Below, piece by piece: positions 1 to 11,590 of a DNA stretch of 64,000 nucleotides (its first letter is position 1; every line of letters starts with the position of its first letter). Both the position numbers and the translations under genes were made by a program. The notes below the pieces were generated by a model. The model worked only from the letters and a program-made list of their open reading frames with translations, was not told the DNA's origin and ran no database searches. Source of the stretch: Chiloscyllium plagiosum (taxonomy: Eukaryota). Where the stretch lies: NCBI RefSeq assembly GCF_004010195.1, contig NC_057719.1, forward strand, positions 63,022,747-63,086,746. The letters are read 5' to 3'.

Positions 1-575
1 CACACACCAGCTCCTCAGCCATGCATTCATCTGCTCTATCCTCCTATTTCTGCCCTCACTAGCTCGTAGCACTGGGAGTAATCCAGATATTACTACCCTT
101 GAGGACCTACTTTTTAAATTTCTACCTAACTCTCTGTAATCTCCCTTCAGAGTGTCAACCTTTTCCCTTCCAATGTCGTTGGTTCCAATGTGTACAATGA
201 CCTCCTGCTGCCCCTCTCCCCCGTGAGAACATTCTGCACCCTCTCTGAGACATCCTTGATCCTGGCACCAGGGAAACAACACACCATTCTGATATTTCTC
301 TGCTGGCCACAGAAACGTCTGTCTGTACCTCAGACTACAGAATCCCCTAACACAATTGATCTCTTAGAAGCCGACGTACCCCTCGTTGCATTAGAGCCAG
401 TCTCAACACCAGAAACTTAGCTGTTTATGCTATGTTCCCCTGAGAATCCATCACCCCCTACATTTTCCAAAACGGCATACCTGTTTGAAATGGGTATATC
501 CCCAAAAGACTCCTGCTCTACCTGCCTACCTCTCTTACCCTTCCTGGAGTTAACCCATCTATGTGACTATATCTG
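1..575 (-). mobile_element. CR1-clade LINE, ORF1 fragment (SGNH esterase domain)
   Basis: Minus-strand translation gives IVLGDS...VCCFPGARIKDVSERVQ...EVIVHIGTNDIG...VVISGLLP...NAWLRSWC, the GDS/GxND esterase motifs of CR1 ORF1; contains a stop. Confidence 0.8.
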
Positions 576-903
576 ACTTTGAAGTTAAGATTAGATTAGA
601 TTAGACTTAGATTAGACTTACAGTGTGGAAACAGGCCCTTCGGCCCAACAAGTCCACACCGACCCGCCGAAGCGCAACCCACCCATACCCCTATATTTAC
701 CCCTTTACCTAAGGGCAATTTAGCATGGCCAATTCACCTGACCTGCACATCTTTGGACTGTGGGAGGAAACCTACATTTTCCAAAACGGCATACCTGTTT
801 GAAATGGGTATATCCCCAAAAGACTCCTGCTCTACCTGCCTACCTCTCTTACCCTTCCTGGAGTTAACCCATCTATGTGACTATATCTGACTTTGAAGTT
901 AAG
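457..903. repeat. 133-bp perfect direct repeat (457-589 and 771-903) flanking a truncated SINE
   Basis: The two copies read identical base by base. Confidence 0.95.
590..772 (-). mobile_element. HE1/V-SINE-type SINE, 5'-truncated
   Basis: Matches the 3' half of the full copy at 6537-6850; (TTAGA)n tail on the plus strand. Confidence 0.85.
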
Positions 904-1539
904 GTTATGTTTAATTGAGCAGTTGTTTTCTGAACTACACAAGAAGCCTTGGGGAAATACCCAAGATCTTTTATTCGGAGAGCAAAACAAATGTCTTAAC
1001 CATGCCACCATCTAGGTTCCTAAGTACCATCCTGGATACACTCCATGCAAATCTATAGCAATTCCAGGCCCATTCACACAATATAAACTCCGTAAAGCAC
1101 CAAAAATAATTGATCCATACCTTTTTATTTTCTTTAAAAATCCCATTTTAAAAATTGCTGTGAAAGTACCAATCTTCCAGTCCCTTTAAAGCATCAATAG
1201 CAAAATCTGCAAGCACTTGAGCATCCCAGTATCTATTGGAGTGTCGAAACAACATTCCAGATGTGTCCAGTGATAAAATGATTTGTTTTTTCAGTTCTTG
1301 CTCTGTGATCTATTCAGTCAATTGCACAGTTCTAATTTACACAAGTAAAGAGCTGTCAATTGCTTTGCAGTTTCTGCTTTTGAGTATTTCAAGGGCCTGA
1401 TGATTGATACTTCCATTGACTTGTCATAAAAACATTTTTGAAGGAAGTGGAAAGTTGAGTCAATAACTGGGGCGTGAGATAGCATGACTTAGTGTGGATA
1501 GGACATGTGTAATGTTTGGGAGGTGAGGGCTTTTATACA

Positions 1540-1708
1540 GACAGAATTCATGTTTCAAGTCCAGTTTCCTTCCTCAGACGTTCTGAAGAAGACTCATATC
1601 AAATTCGAAACATTAACTCGGTTTCTTTCTCTGCCAGACCTATCGGGTTTCTCCAGCACTTTCTGTTTTTATTTCAGATTTCTGGCATCTATTGTATTTT
1701 GCTTTTAC
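1540..1708. mobile_element. Short PLE-end-derived element, head-to-head arms, degenerate hammerhead cores
   Basis: CTGAAGA (1583-1589)...GAAA (1607-1610) on plus; reverse CTGAGGA...GAAA upstream; arm similar to 8968-9195. Confidence 0.55.
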
Positions 1709-1971
1709 TTGCTGAAGGACTGTTTGTCGTTTTGTCAAAATTATTACAGCGGGGACAAAGTACCAGTACAGTGAGGTGGGCTTTTTAACAGCCTACCTTT
1801 GCACTGGCATTCCCCTGCTCCCCCCACACCCAAGGCTGACCCAAATACTTTGAGAGAACAATAGACCCAACTGTGGTTATTACTTCCCCCTGTAAAATGG
1901 TAATCCAGATTCGTCAGGCATTTTCTCAGGAAACAAGCTTGCTGAGCCAGGAAATTTCCCAACTTGGAGAT

Positions 1972-2090
1972 AGTGAGGAATGCAGATGCTGGAAAGTCAG
2001 AGTCAATAAAGTGTGGAGCTGGATGAAGCATAGCTGGTCAAGCAGCATGAAAGGGGCAGGAGAGGCAATGTTTCAGGTTGGGACATTTCT
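1972..2090 (-). mobile_element. Short PLE-end-derived element (family of 30030-30228), degenerate
   Basis: Similar to the arms at 30030-30228 and 34245-34350. Confidence 0.5.
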
Positions 2091-4294
2091 GCTTCCCCTA
2101 ACCACTTGCCTTTCATTATTAATTGTCCAAAGACTATCTTTGGGGGCTAGAAGATTCTTCTTGGCTTTTCTTCTATCAGGAACAGGTTTTTAGCATTTCC
2201 TGCAGGTTGATCCTTAATTGGAATGTATCTAATTGTGCATGCGTAGTGTTTAACCATAGACTGACATGACCATGATTAGTACATGCATTCAGGTTAGATT
2301 TTTATTCCCTTGTTCACACTCGAAAGCAAATCTAAAGAAATGAGTTCCCTTGTTAGTGCCACATACTTTGCATAAAACCTTGGATCAACAAAGGTCTCCA
2401 ATTTAGCTTCAAAAGAGTTGAGTTTTAATTACAGTTCAGAATAAAAGCAGCCATATAATGGATCATGTCCAAGAATGATATTGTGACTTTTGAAATAATG
2501 TAAGTGATCAAGCAACCATTTATATTGTGACCTAACTAAAACTGCTGAATTCACTTTGCAATTCAAAGCGCAGTATCTTCTTTTAATTAAGTAAAACATA
2601 CCTGATAACATCCCATTTAAAATTGAAGCTGTTAAAAAGGACTCCTGCAGATTGTTATTACTAAATTTATAATATAAGCAGACTGAAGATGCCAAAATAC
2701 ATTCCAAAGCAAGTCAGGAAAACATTTGTTGAAATATAATGAACATAATGATAAGTGAAGTTGAGTCGAATCGTACCATGACATCAATATATGTAATACT
2801 TTAACGCAGAAAATGCTTACATATAAATTGCGTTTTCCGTGCTTTAAGAGTTGCTGAGGGACAATGGATGATGCACTTTAAAATCACTTGAGGATCGAGG
2901 TTAGACTTCGTGATTGCTGTCGCCAAGTTAACTGTTTCTACCTCCCTAAAATTGGTTCTTCGCTCCGTCAAGGCAATTAACTTAATATATATTCACAAAA
3001 ACCTTATGATCTGTACTTTAACTTTTGTGTCTTCAAGGCAAAAGTGATCATGTTGGTCACCTGGGGCATTTGGAAGGCTTCCTATGGGTACAAGGGTGAC
3101 TGCTAAGTTTGATCTTTTCTTGGAAGCCTCAGCTTCAAATAGAATAGAATACTGCAGGAGTACAATAAAAACCCTTCAGTTTCTATCCACCTGAGGCAGA
3201 TTTGCAACTTTATTTAAACTAGGAAAAGTTATTTGTGATGCGGGAAAAGAATAAATTTGAGGGGATCCAGAAGGGAGCCTTGGAATACTGGCATCTGTGG
3301 GAGTAGGACAGGAAGTCATGGAGATTGTGGCAGGAAGGGCAATCAATAATTAATTTGGCAAAACAAATTGAACAGTTAAGATGAACATTATGAACTTTAT
3401 GATGTAATATTTTCTAATCAAAATCAATGGAAAATTATGTCAAATGAATTGGCTACTGTCCATCATCACTGACAAAACAAATTCAGGTCCAGTCTGGTGA
3501 AATCTGAGTTTATCAATAAGGGCAAGGGAATGGAGTTTATGCTGATTTGGGATGTAGGATGGCAAAACATTGAAGCTTAAATTTTCCTTCCGAGCAATTG
3601 TGCCTCAGGCATTATTTGGCAACCAACATTCAGAAGGTTGTGGTAGCGAGCTAGGAAGGACTTTGCTTGTATACATGTGGTAGATAACCCTGATTTCTGC
3701 AGACATCATTCATGACTGGTGAATTTGTTGAAAAGAAAACAGTCTAACCACACCACCTACTAAGACTAAAGATTTCTCTGACATATTCTGGTGATGTGGA
3801 ATCAAAGACAAGAACATTCAAAAGATTTGAAGAATTTTCAAAGCATTGATGTACCCTTTTGAAAAGCTCAGTGCAGAAGGTGGACAATTCTGTTTTAGAA
3901 GCGGTTTTGTGAACAGCAGATTTCCTTAATATGACTTTTAGAATCTGTGAAGATTTCGTCAATTGCCCTTGGCTTGGTCTTTCAGATTCAGGCTCCAGCT
4001 CACCATATGAAAATGGTATGCCAACAGTATACCTAACAGACGACTGCAAGGAGTTCAGGAGAAATGACAGAAGAGTGAGTATCTCCTTGTAGTTGCTGTC
4101 CTGCCAGGTTTTTTTTAATTTTTCTGCTATCTTTCTTTGTGGTTTTGGAGGGGCAGGGTTATGTGGGAGCACTGTTTATTTTAACACATTTCAGTTCACA
4201 CCCTCACCTCTACAGTTCCCACTTAGTGAATTAATTTACGATCAAGGCATAAATGAAAACAAAGTAATTTTCTGTCAATACCCATTACTGATTG

Positions 4295-4597
4295 ATCTAG
4301 AAGCATGGCATTCCAACCAGCGTTCTATCAACAAACACATCGAGTTAGACCCCAACTACCACCCTCTGAGTAAAAGAACAGAAAATGACATCACCACAGG
4401 AAATGACATCACCAACCTAAAGAAACCCAAACATATAAATAGAAAGCAGGAATCATCAGCAGTTCTTTGCCTGGAGGCCCACTGAAGATGTTACTTAGTA
4501 GGGTGATGAAACGTCTGGAAATGAACCTTCCAGCTTAGCGAGCAAACCTATATCCAAAACCTCAACCTGAGCTACAAATCTTCTCTAAACTCGCTAT
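4295..4597 (+). mobile_element. Penelope-like element 3' fragment (GIY-YIG C-terminus plus terminal repeat)
   Basis: LEAWHS...SINKHIELDP matches the PLE peptide at 41432-41894 and is followed by a hammerhead core and the GAGCTACAAATCTTCTC terminus. Confidence 0.8.
4479..4518 (+). ncRNA. Minimal type-I hammerhead ribozyme
   Basis: CCA-CTGAAGA-T-GTTACTT-AGTA-GGGTGAT-GAAA-C-GTC-TGG: conserved core, wobble-rich stem II, GUC site, 3-bp stem I. Confidence 0.65.
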
Positions 4598-5234
4598 GAT
4601 TGAACTAAAACAAATTAACATATCTGCTTTAAGAAATAAGAAATTCCAAGGTTTTAATGAAATGCTTTGCTGTAATAATAAAATTCTTCTTTAACAGAAG
4701 AAGATTAAACTGATTAAACTTCTTTTTAGCTTAAAGCTCCACCTTTTATCATTTAACAGATGCTCATTAGTGTAGCTAATTTAGAAAGCTGCATAGACCT
4801 TGACCATAACACAATATCGAGCATGTTTTAATATCTGCTTATTAGCGAGTATTATGTTAACTTCCAAACAAATATATTATGCCTATCAAGTAGAGCAACC
4901 AGATTCTAGGGTACAGTATGTTGGGAAATAGATGCATTAGGTTTTTGAATACTTTCATAGTTGTTTCAAAGATGGAAAAACACTGCCTTATTTTTTGAAC
5001 TATAGAATATTATTGTACACAAGGAGACCGCAAGGCCCATTGTGGTCATATCAGTTCTCCAAAAGTGCAATTCAGTTCAATACACTCACCTGTCTTTTCT
5101 CTGTCACACTGAACACTTATTAAATCTTCAGCTCTTTCTCCAATTCCCTTCTAGTGTCAGAAACCCTGTGCATTCACCAGGTTAGCTTACTGCATTGCAG
5201 TCACTCATCAGCAACGAATGAGTTAGGGGTTTCA

Positions 5235-5720
5235 TAGATCATAAGAAACAGTAGTAGGCCATTCAGCCCATTCAACCTGCTTCATCATTCTGTATATTGG
5301 CTAATCCAATTGTGCCCTCAACACCATTTTCATGCTTGCCATAATCTACCCTCCCTCTTAACCCGAGACACCATTGCCAATCAAAAATCCATTTAACTCA
5401 GCCTCGAACACATTCAATGCTCCAGCCTCCATGGTCATCTGTGGAAAAGCATTAAAAACCTCAATGACCCACTGAGACAATGAAAATACTCCTTCTCTCC
5501 ATGTTACACTGTGTCCCTAACTTTGGATGCTCTTCAGTAGAAAACAATAGCATCTACCCAACAGTATCTACAGAATCGTATATGTTTCAATAAGATCACC
5601 CCTCATTCCTCTAAACTCCAATGACTATGGGCCCAAACTGTTCAATGCATGCTCGTAATAAAACCCTTCAATGGCAGGAGTCAGCCTTGACTCAGCAGTC
5701 TGAACTGCTACCAAAGCAAG
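5235..5720 (-). mobile_element. Old CR1 3' fragment
   Basis: CATAAGAAACAGTAGTAGGCCATTCAGCCC-type CR1 3' end followed by degenerate RT C-terminal sequence. Confidence 0.55.
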
Positions 5721-6536
5721 CATATTCCAGACCATTCTTCATCCTTAATGATTAACTCTCGGACTATTAAGCACAAGTCATTTTTGTTTACTGCATGTGT
5801 GTGTATGTATGGTAATTTTTACAAATACGTATTTCTGTAGCTTGTACCCGACCATCACTAGTTAAGTTTCAATGATATTGAATTAGACTTGACTTTAAAG
5901 TTATTTATCTGTTCTTGGAAACTCCTTTCCTTCCTGTCAGTTGCCCGTTCACATCCCCCGCCCACCCGCCCCCACTGTTTGCCTGTCTCTAGATGCAGTC
6001 CCTCCTTTATATCCTTTGTTTCTGACCCTACCATCGCTGCTCATCTATCCAGTTCTGGTCCAGTTTGGATTTCATGGATCTTTGTGCATCTAGGTGTCAT
6101 CCTCTTGATTAGACACAGTCCATTCACCTTTAGCTCCCTTCCTTGTTCCTGACCATGGGTCTTGGCAGCTTTGTTTTAGCAAAAGATTGGAATTCAGCAA
6201 TTTCTTTTTTAAAGAGCTTGTAATACTATTATGGTTGTCATGCTACAACTATATTCAAATCCAATTGCTTATTTCCCTTCTTGATGCTGGATCAATTAGA
6301 TTTCTGCTCCAGTTTTGGGGCATAATTGAGAGTAAAGCTATCGAACAGTGGCAAAGTGAGATGAGATACACAGTAGTCAATCAGACAGAGGAAAGGCAGC
6401 AAGGGATGGGGGTGTAGACTATTAGAGGCTGGAAGGAGTGGACCTGTGTACAAAGCCTGAAGAGAATCGAGAATCAGAGTCCATGTGAAAGAAAAGGGTT
6501 TCAGGATAAGGTGCTATCTCTGCTTGAGAAAATATT

Positions 6537-6850
6537 TTAGATTAGATTACATTACAATGTGGAAACAGGCCCTTCGGCCCAACAAGTCCACACCGACCCG
6601 CCGAAGCGAAACCCACCCATACCCCTACATTTACCCCTTACCTAACACTACGGGCAATTTAGCATGGCCAATTCACCTGACCCTGCACATCTTTGGTGCT
6701 GTGGGAGGAAACCGGAGCACCCGGAGGAAACCCACGCAGACACGGGGAGAACGTGCAAACTCCACACAGTCAGTCGCCTGAGTCGGGAATTGAACCCGGG
6801 TCTCTGGCGCTGTGAGGCAACAGTGCTAACCACTGTGCCACCATGCCGCC
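6537..6850 (-). mobile_element. Full-length HE1/V-SINE-type tRNA-derived SINE
   Basis: Minus strand: A-box TGGCACAGTGG, B-box GGTTCAATTCC, central GTGGGTTTCCTCCGGGTGCTCCGGTTTCCTCCCACA, CR1-like tail, (AATCT)n. Confidence 0.9.
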
Positions 6851-8085
6851 ATATAGTGGGTGAGCAAGGAGAGAATTGTGGATATGTGTGAGTAGCAGAG
6901 AAAGAGTAAGGAGAATAGATATAATGGACCTTTTTAGGAGTCTGAGCAACATGGGCTTTGATGAAAATTGTGCCAGGATTGCGTGAGATGTCCAACAAGG
7001 CTTATCTCCAAATCCAGAGCAACTCACACTATATTTTATGCTTTTGATGAGTGGTAAGGTGGACCTCACTCTAGGCAGGGCATTATAGCTAGTTAAATGT
7101 CTCATTAATGTCCCAAATTGCTTCTTTTTTTTAATATTCAAAACTCCATCAAGCTAAATGTGTCAAACAACCTAGACATTGAGAAATCTTGACATGAAAA
7201 ATAAACCTGACAACTTTAGCTTGCTGCTTCCTCCAAAGGACCTCCACGTTGGATATCAGGTAACAATATCACAGGGTGTGCTCCCTGGGCGTGGGCTACA
7301 TGTACAGCACCATATATATGTCTGTGAACCCTCGTGGCACATCTTCAAACTACTTATAGAACAATTCTGCACTTCAGTGCTGCCCCTTGGACTACTCTGG
7401 TAACTGCAATGCCGCAGGAAGGACACCGTGTATACTCAGGGACACGTGCACCCAGCTCATGCACTGGTCCAGGCTGCATCTCTGGTCTGTTCACTTCCTT
7501 TCATACCTCTCATTCACTCTGATCCTCCCTGAATGCTCACAGCACCCTTACTGTGGAACTCTGTGCCTTGCATAATGAACTTTGCCCCCTCAGCCAGTGT
7601 TATCATGCTCGTGTCACTTCTGTCTTACTATGCGGGTTAGCACAGATCCAAGGGCAGGAAGCTTATCATGGATGTCAGTCATGTCAAGCAATAGTTATGG
7701 CTCAGGGGGTCCCGGCACAGTAAGTCAAGGGCAGCCTCCAAGAAAGGACCTGGAGCTTGGACACAGTCAGCCACTTGGGGCAATCAGAATCAGAAAGCTG
7801 TCCACAGAACAGGTAAATCCTGAATATCAGACAGATCACCATCTATCTTCCTGCCCTACGGGGGAGGGGGGGGGGGTGCTGTTCTCTTCCTAGACTGAGA
7901 CACAGGAAAGTATTAGGGGAGATTAAAATAGGTGGCATGGCTGCTGCGTTTTGGTGCAGTGGGGAAGTGTTCCGAGCAAATGGATAGGTAGTGCAGAGGG
8001 TGTCAAGGTTTGGCATGTGTGACAGTGAGTGAGGGAAGATGCTGTTGGCAGCAGTAAGTGGATGAATCTTGGTGTCAGAGACAGT

Positions 8086-8443
8086 CAGAGAGCAATGGAG
8101 ATGGGGATAGACAATGAGATGAGTTTGGTAAAATGTGACAAGAAAACTCATTCGGCATCCCATAGACAAACTCCCCCCAAATCAACTCTGCACAACTGAC
8201 ACATCACCAAAGAAAAGGTTCAGCCCCGTATGAATAAAGTGGGTGGAGATGAGGAAGACAGATACAGAGAGCAATGGAGATGGGGGTAGACAATGAGATG
8301 AGTTTGGTAAGATGTGACAAGAAAACTCATTCGGCAACCCATAGACAAACTCCCCCCAAATCAACTCTGCACAACTGACACATCACCAAAGAAAAGGTTC
8401 AGCCCCGTATGAATAAAGTGGGTGGAGATGAGGAAGACAGATA
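8086..8443. repeat. 179-bp tandem duplication (two copies, 3 substitutions)
   Basis: 8086-8264 versus 8265-8443 compared directly. Confidence 0.95.
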
Positions 8444-8967
8444 CATATGTCCATGTGGGAATCTCCCCTAACATCCATTAGCAATGTCATTTGAAATCGG
8501 TCTGTTTAATCAAAATCAAACATATATATCACAATAAGGAAAGAAGTGGGATGTAAAATAATGTCCTGTTAACTTAATCCTGCTGTTCCATTTTCAATGG
8601 ATGTGGGAGACAGTTTTAATTGATCGGTTGGCATCTGCGATGTGTAAATCTTTTTCTATACTCCTCGTAATTACCTTTGTGCTACTTTTCTTTTGATTTC
8701 CTCTGACCATCAATTGCTCTAAATTAATAAAGTTAGTTTTGCTTTCTGTAGTTCGAGATAACCTCAACCCAATTGCCACCTTCTATAATACCATGTTGTA
8801 AAGAGAGTATATGGACTTTTCCTATATTTTATGTAGCACATTAATGCTCTTCAAATGGAGGATTTATTTTTAGTGATCTTTAATACCATCATTTTAACTT
8901 TAGTTTTCCAGAGTTAGTAGATGAGATCCTTTTGGGGTCAGGTAGCTCCATCCAAGGTTACGAAATT

Positions 8968-9195
8968 TAATAACAAAAGTCAAAATTGCTGGAAAAGCTC
9001 AGCAAGCCTGGCAGCATTTGTGAAGCGGAATCAGAGCTAACATTTTGGCTCTGGTGACCCTTCCTCAGAACCAGACCTGCAACATTAACTCGGATTTCTC
9101 TCCACAGATGCTGCCAGAACTGCTGAGTTTTTCCAGCACTTTTTGTTTTTGTTTCTGATTTACTTACAGCATTCACCGCTGTTTTAGTTTTAATT
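8968..9195. mobile_element. Palindromic PLE-end-derived short element
   Basis: Arms GCTGGAAAAGCTCAGCA...GCAGCAT and ATGCTGCC...TGCTGAGTTTTTCCAGC are inverted; central CTGAGGA-AGGGTC core on minus, with GAAA mutated. Confidence 0.65.
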
Positions 9196-9399
9196 CACTA
9201 AATTTTGTCGTGGACACTCAGGAAGATGTATTGCCCTCTGGTGGGATGCAGTGGAAATGTAACAGAACAGGATAAAAGTATTACATCAAGTGAACAAATT
9301 GCACACAGACTAGGCTTGTATTTAATAAAAGCAAAACACAGTGGATGTTGAAAATCAGAGATAAAACCAGAGTCCTGGAAAAACACAGTTAATATGCAG

Positions 9400-10460
9400 A
9401 TAAGTCATGATCTAATTCTCTGGCAGCAGCAGCTTGAGGGGATGAATGGTCTGCTTCCGTTCTTGTTTTCCGAAGTATTCCACAACCAGCGGCAGAGCAT
9501 TCCGTATGAGCTAGCTGAGCAAAGAAAGACTGAAGGAGGGAGTGAGAAGGCTGCAAACAGATATAGAGTGTTAAATGAGTGAGGATGAATGAGGCAGATG
9601 GCATATGATGTGTGAAAAATATAAAGTTGTCTTTATTGATAAGAAAAATGGGAAAGCAAAATGTTTGATAAATGGTGAGAAATTGTAAAATACTGACATT
9701 CAGGTCAAGAGACACAGTATGGAGATGCATGACAGAATGTTAATGTGCAGATACAGTTGCAATTCGGACAATAAATGGCACAATAGCCATTATTACAAAG
9801 GAATTGGTGAATGAGCTTTTCAGTGATTACAGAGAACCCTGTTCAGGCCCACAATTGGAGTGTATAGTTTTTTTATCTCGTTTTTAAAAGAACACATTTG
9901 TCTTAGAGGGAGTGTAAGCAAGATTCACTAGACTGTCCTGGAATGAGGGGGCGGTTATGTAGGGAGACATTGAACAGACAAAACCTATTTTCACTGGAGA
10001 AGCCTCAGCTGGTCAGGCAGCATCTGTGCAGAGAAAGAAAGTTAACATTTCTGGTTGATGACCATTCATCAGGTGTTCTGATGCAAGGTCTTTGACCTGG
10101 AACATGAACTCTATTTCTCTCCCTTGATATTGTGTAACCTGCTGAACATCCACTGTGATTTTTAGTTCTTATTTCAGAATTCCTATAGTATTTTACTTTT
10201 CTGTATTGTCTGGAATGTAATCAAAGTGAATGATATAAAATCTTTGATAGGGTTGACTGGGTACATGCTGTTGATCTTTTCACTGGGTGAAGACTCTAGA
10301 ATGAAGAGGGTCACAGTCTTAGAATAAAGTATTGACCATTTAGGACTCAGATGAGGTGAAATTTCTTCATCCAGATAGTTCTAAACCTTTGCAATCCTGT
10401 ACTGTAGAGACATGTGGCTGGTTAGATGTTGAGTGTATTCAAGATAAAGGTCAATAGATT
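9400..10460 (+). mobile_element. Old CR1 RT/3' fragment, interrupted at 9995-10200
   Basis: Degenerate similarity to the CR1 RT C-terminal region seen at 25785-26400. Confidence 0.5.
9995..10200. mobile_element. Palindromic PLE-end-derived element with divergent hammerhead cores
   Basis: Minus 10072-10043 reads CTGATGA-A-TGGT-CATCA-ACCA-GAAA-TGTTA; degenerate plus-strand partner from 10078. Confidence 0.6.
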
Positions 10461-11399
10461 TGACTGCAGCCTTCTAAAAGCATCACATAAAGCAGCAGAA
10501 CAGATTTAGCTCTTATCCGTAACAGAGAGTCTTGCATTTATACTGCAGAAAAATACTAATTCCTGTTACATTTCAAGTAGATTGTACACTTGATCCATAT
10601 TTGTTCGGAATCCAAAGCTAAACTTATTCATGCAATATTGAAACTGGCAGTGAAGGAGAAAAAGAAGCTTTATGGATTTGCATTGAGCTCTAAATCTGGG
10701 ATTAGAGAATGAAGTGGAAGATTTTTACAGTTGAGCGCTCATATGAATCCTGTGAGTCAGCTCCTCGGCCATTTTCAGAAGACAGCAGCAGCACTGTTGC
10801 AGAGGGAAGGCAGAATGTGGATGACCTGTAGCCCCTTACTAACATTGGAAGTAAACTAAAGTGAGGTCACTAATTGGTAAAGGGAAACAAGGAAACTGAG
10901 GGAAAAGCTTTTCATGCGGCAAGTGACTAGGGCCTGGGACGCACTGCTGAGAATTTTACAAACTCCTGCCTCCTACCTCCCCTCCACTACCCATGAGCTG
11001 ACTTCAAAGTCATCATCAAGGGAGAATAAAATCCAGCTCAGAATTTTTTTAAAAAAAACACAGAAAATGTGGCCTTGCCTAGCTGCAAACTACACGGAAG
11101 AAATGGAACTACAGACAGAAGAAAGGAGAAGTGCCTCATCATCAGAAGCAGTTTAGAAGAGGTAGTCATAGTCTCTGAAAACAGGATTGAAAGATGATCA
11201 TAGATGTTGCAAGAATGAGTAATTCAGAGACACAAACGTGTTCTCTGTCTGTCACTGAGAATAAACCTAAGACAGGTTGAGAGTGTATTGGAATAGGGCA
11301 TGATAAAATGGTAACAGTTATGCTCAAATTGAGACATAAAATTGATAAGCTGAGAAATTATAGACATTGGCATAGACAGAACAGATTGATGCAGATATA

Positions 11400-11590
11400 A
11401 AGGTCAAAGTCACCATAGTCACCCACTCTCATCAGAGAGCAATGACTGCTGCTAGTTCAATCTGAGGTCACCATGTCTCAAGTGAGGGGAGAGTTTGAGA
11501 ACAAGAGTCCTGCATGGTATGCTTAGCCAGTATGGGAACTGAAACCACACTCTTGGTATTGCATGGCAGCCACCCAGCCAACTGAGCTGA
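11400..11590 (-). mobile_element. tRNA-derived SINE, third family
   Basis: AGCTCAGTTGG A-box and GGTTCAGTTCC B-box on minus; similar copy at 37850-38050 (+). Confidence 0.5.

Larger units (their letters stand above)
970..4172 (-). pseudogene. Candidate decayed coding sequence, protein unidentified
   Basis: Long stop-poor minus frames in AT-rich unique sequence (4172-3744 open; 2707-2180 one stop; about 1490-970 three stops); donor-like sites at 2820 and 2601. Confidence 0.35.

Noticed and set aside
190..420. Plus-strand 76-aa ORF
   Set aside because: It is the antisense shadow of the CR1 ORF1 fragment.
6790..6850. tRNA-like A and B boxes
   Set aside because: This is a SINE head with no complete cloverleaf, so it is not called as a tRNA.
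6485..7141. Several overlapping ORFs
   Set aside because: They are translations of SINE sequence; the same peptides recur at other SINE copies.
8086..8443. Possible CRISPR-like or satellite array
   Set aside because: Only two contiguous units, no spacers, and a eukaryotic context.
10560..10825. Protein-like minus frame (LLKMAEELTHRIH...MDQVYNLLEM)
   Set aside because: It has an internal stop and weak splice signals; it could belong to the candidate pseudogene but is not supportable alone.
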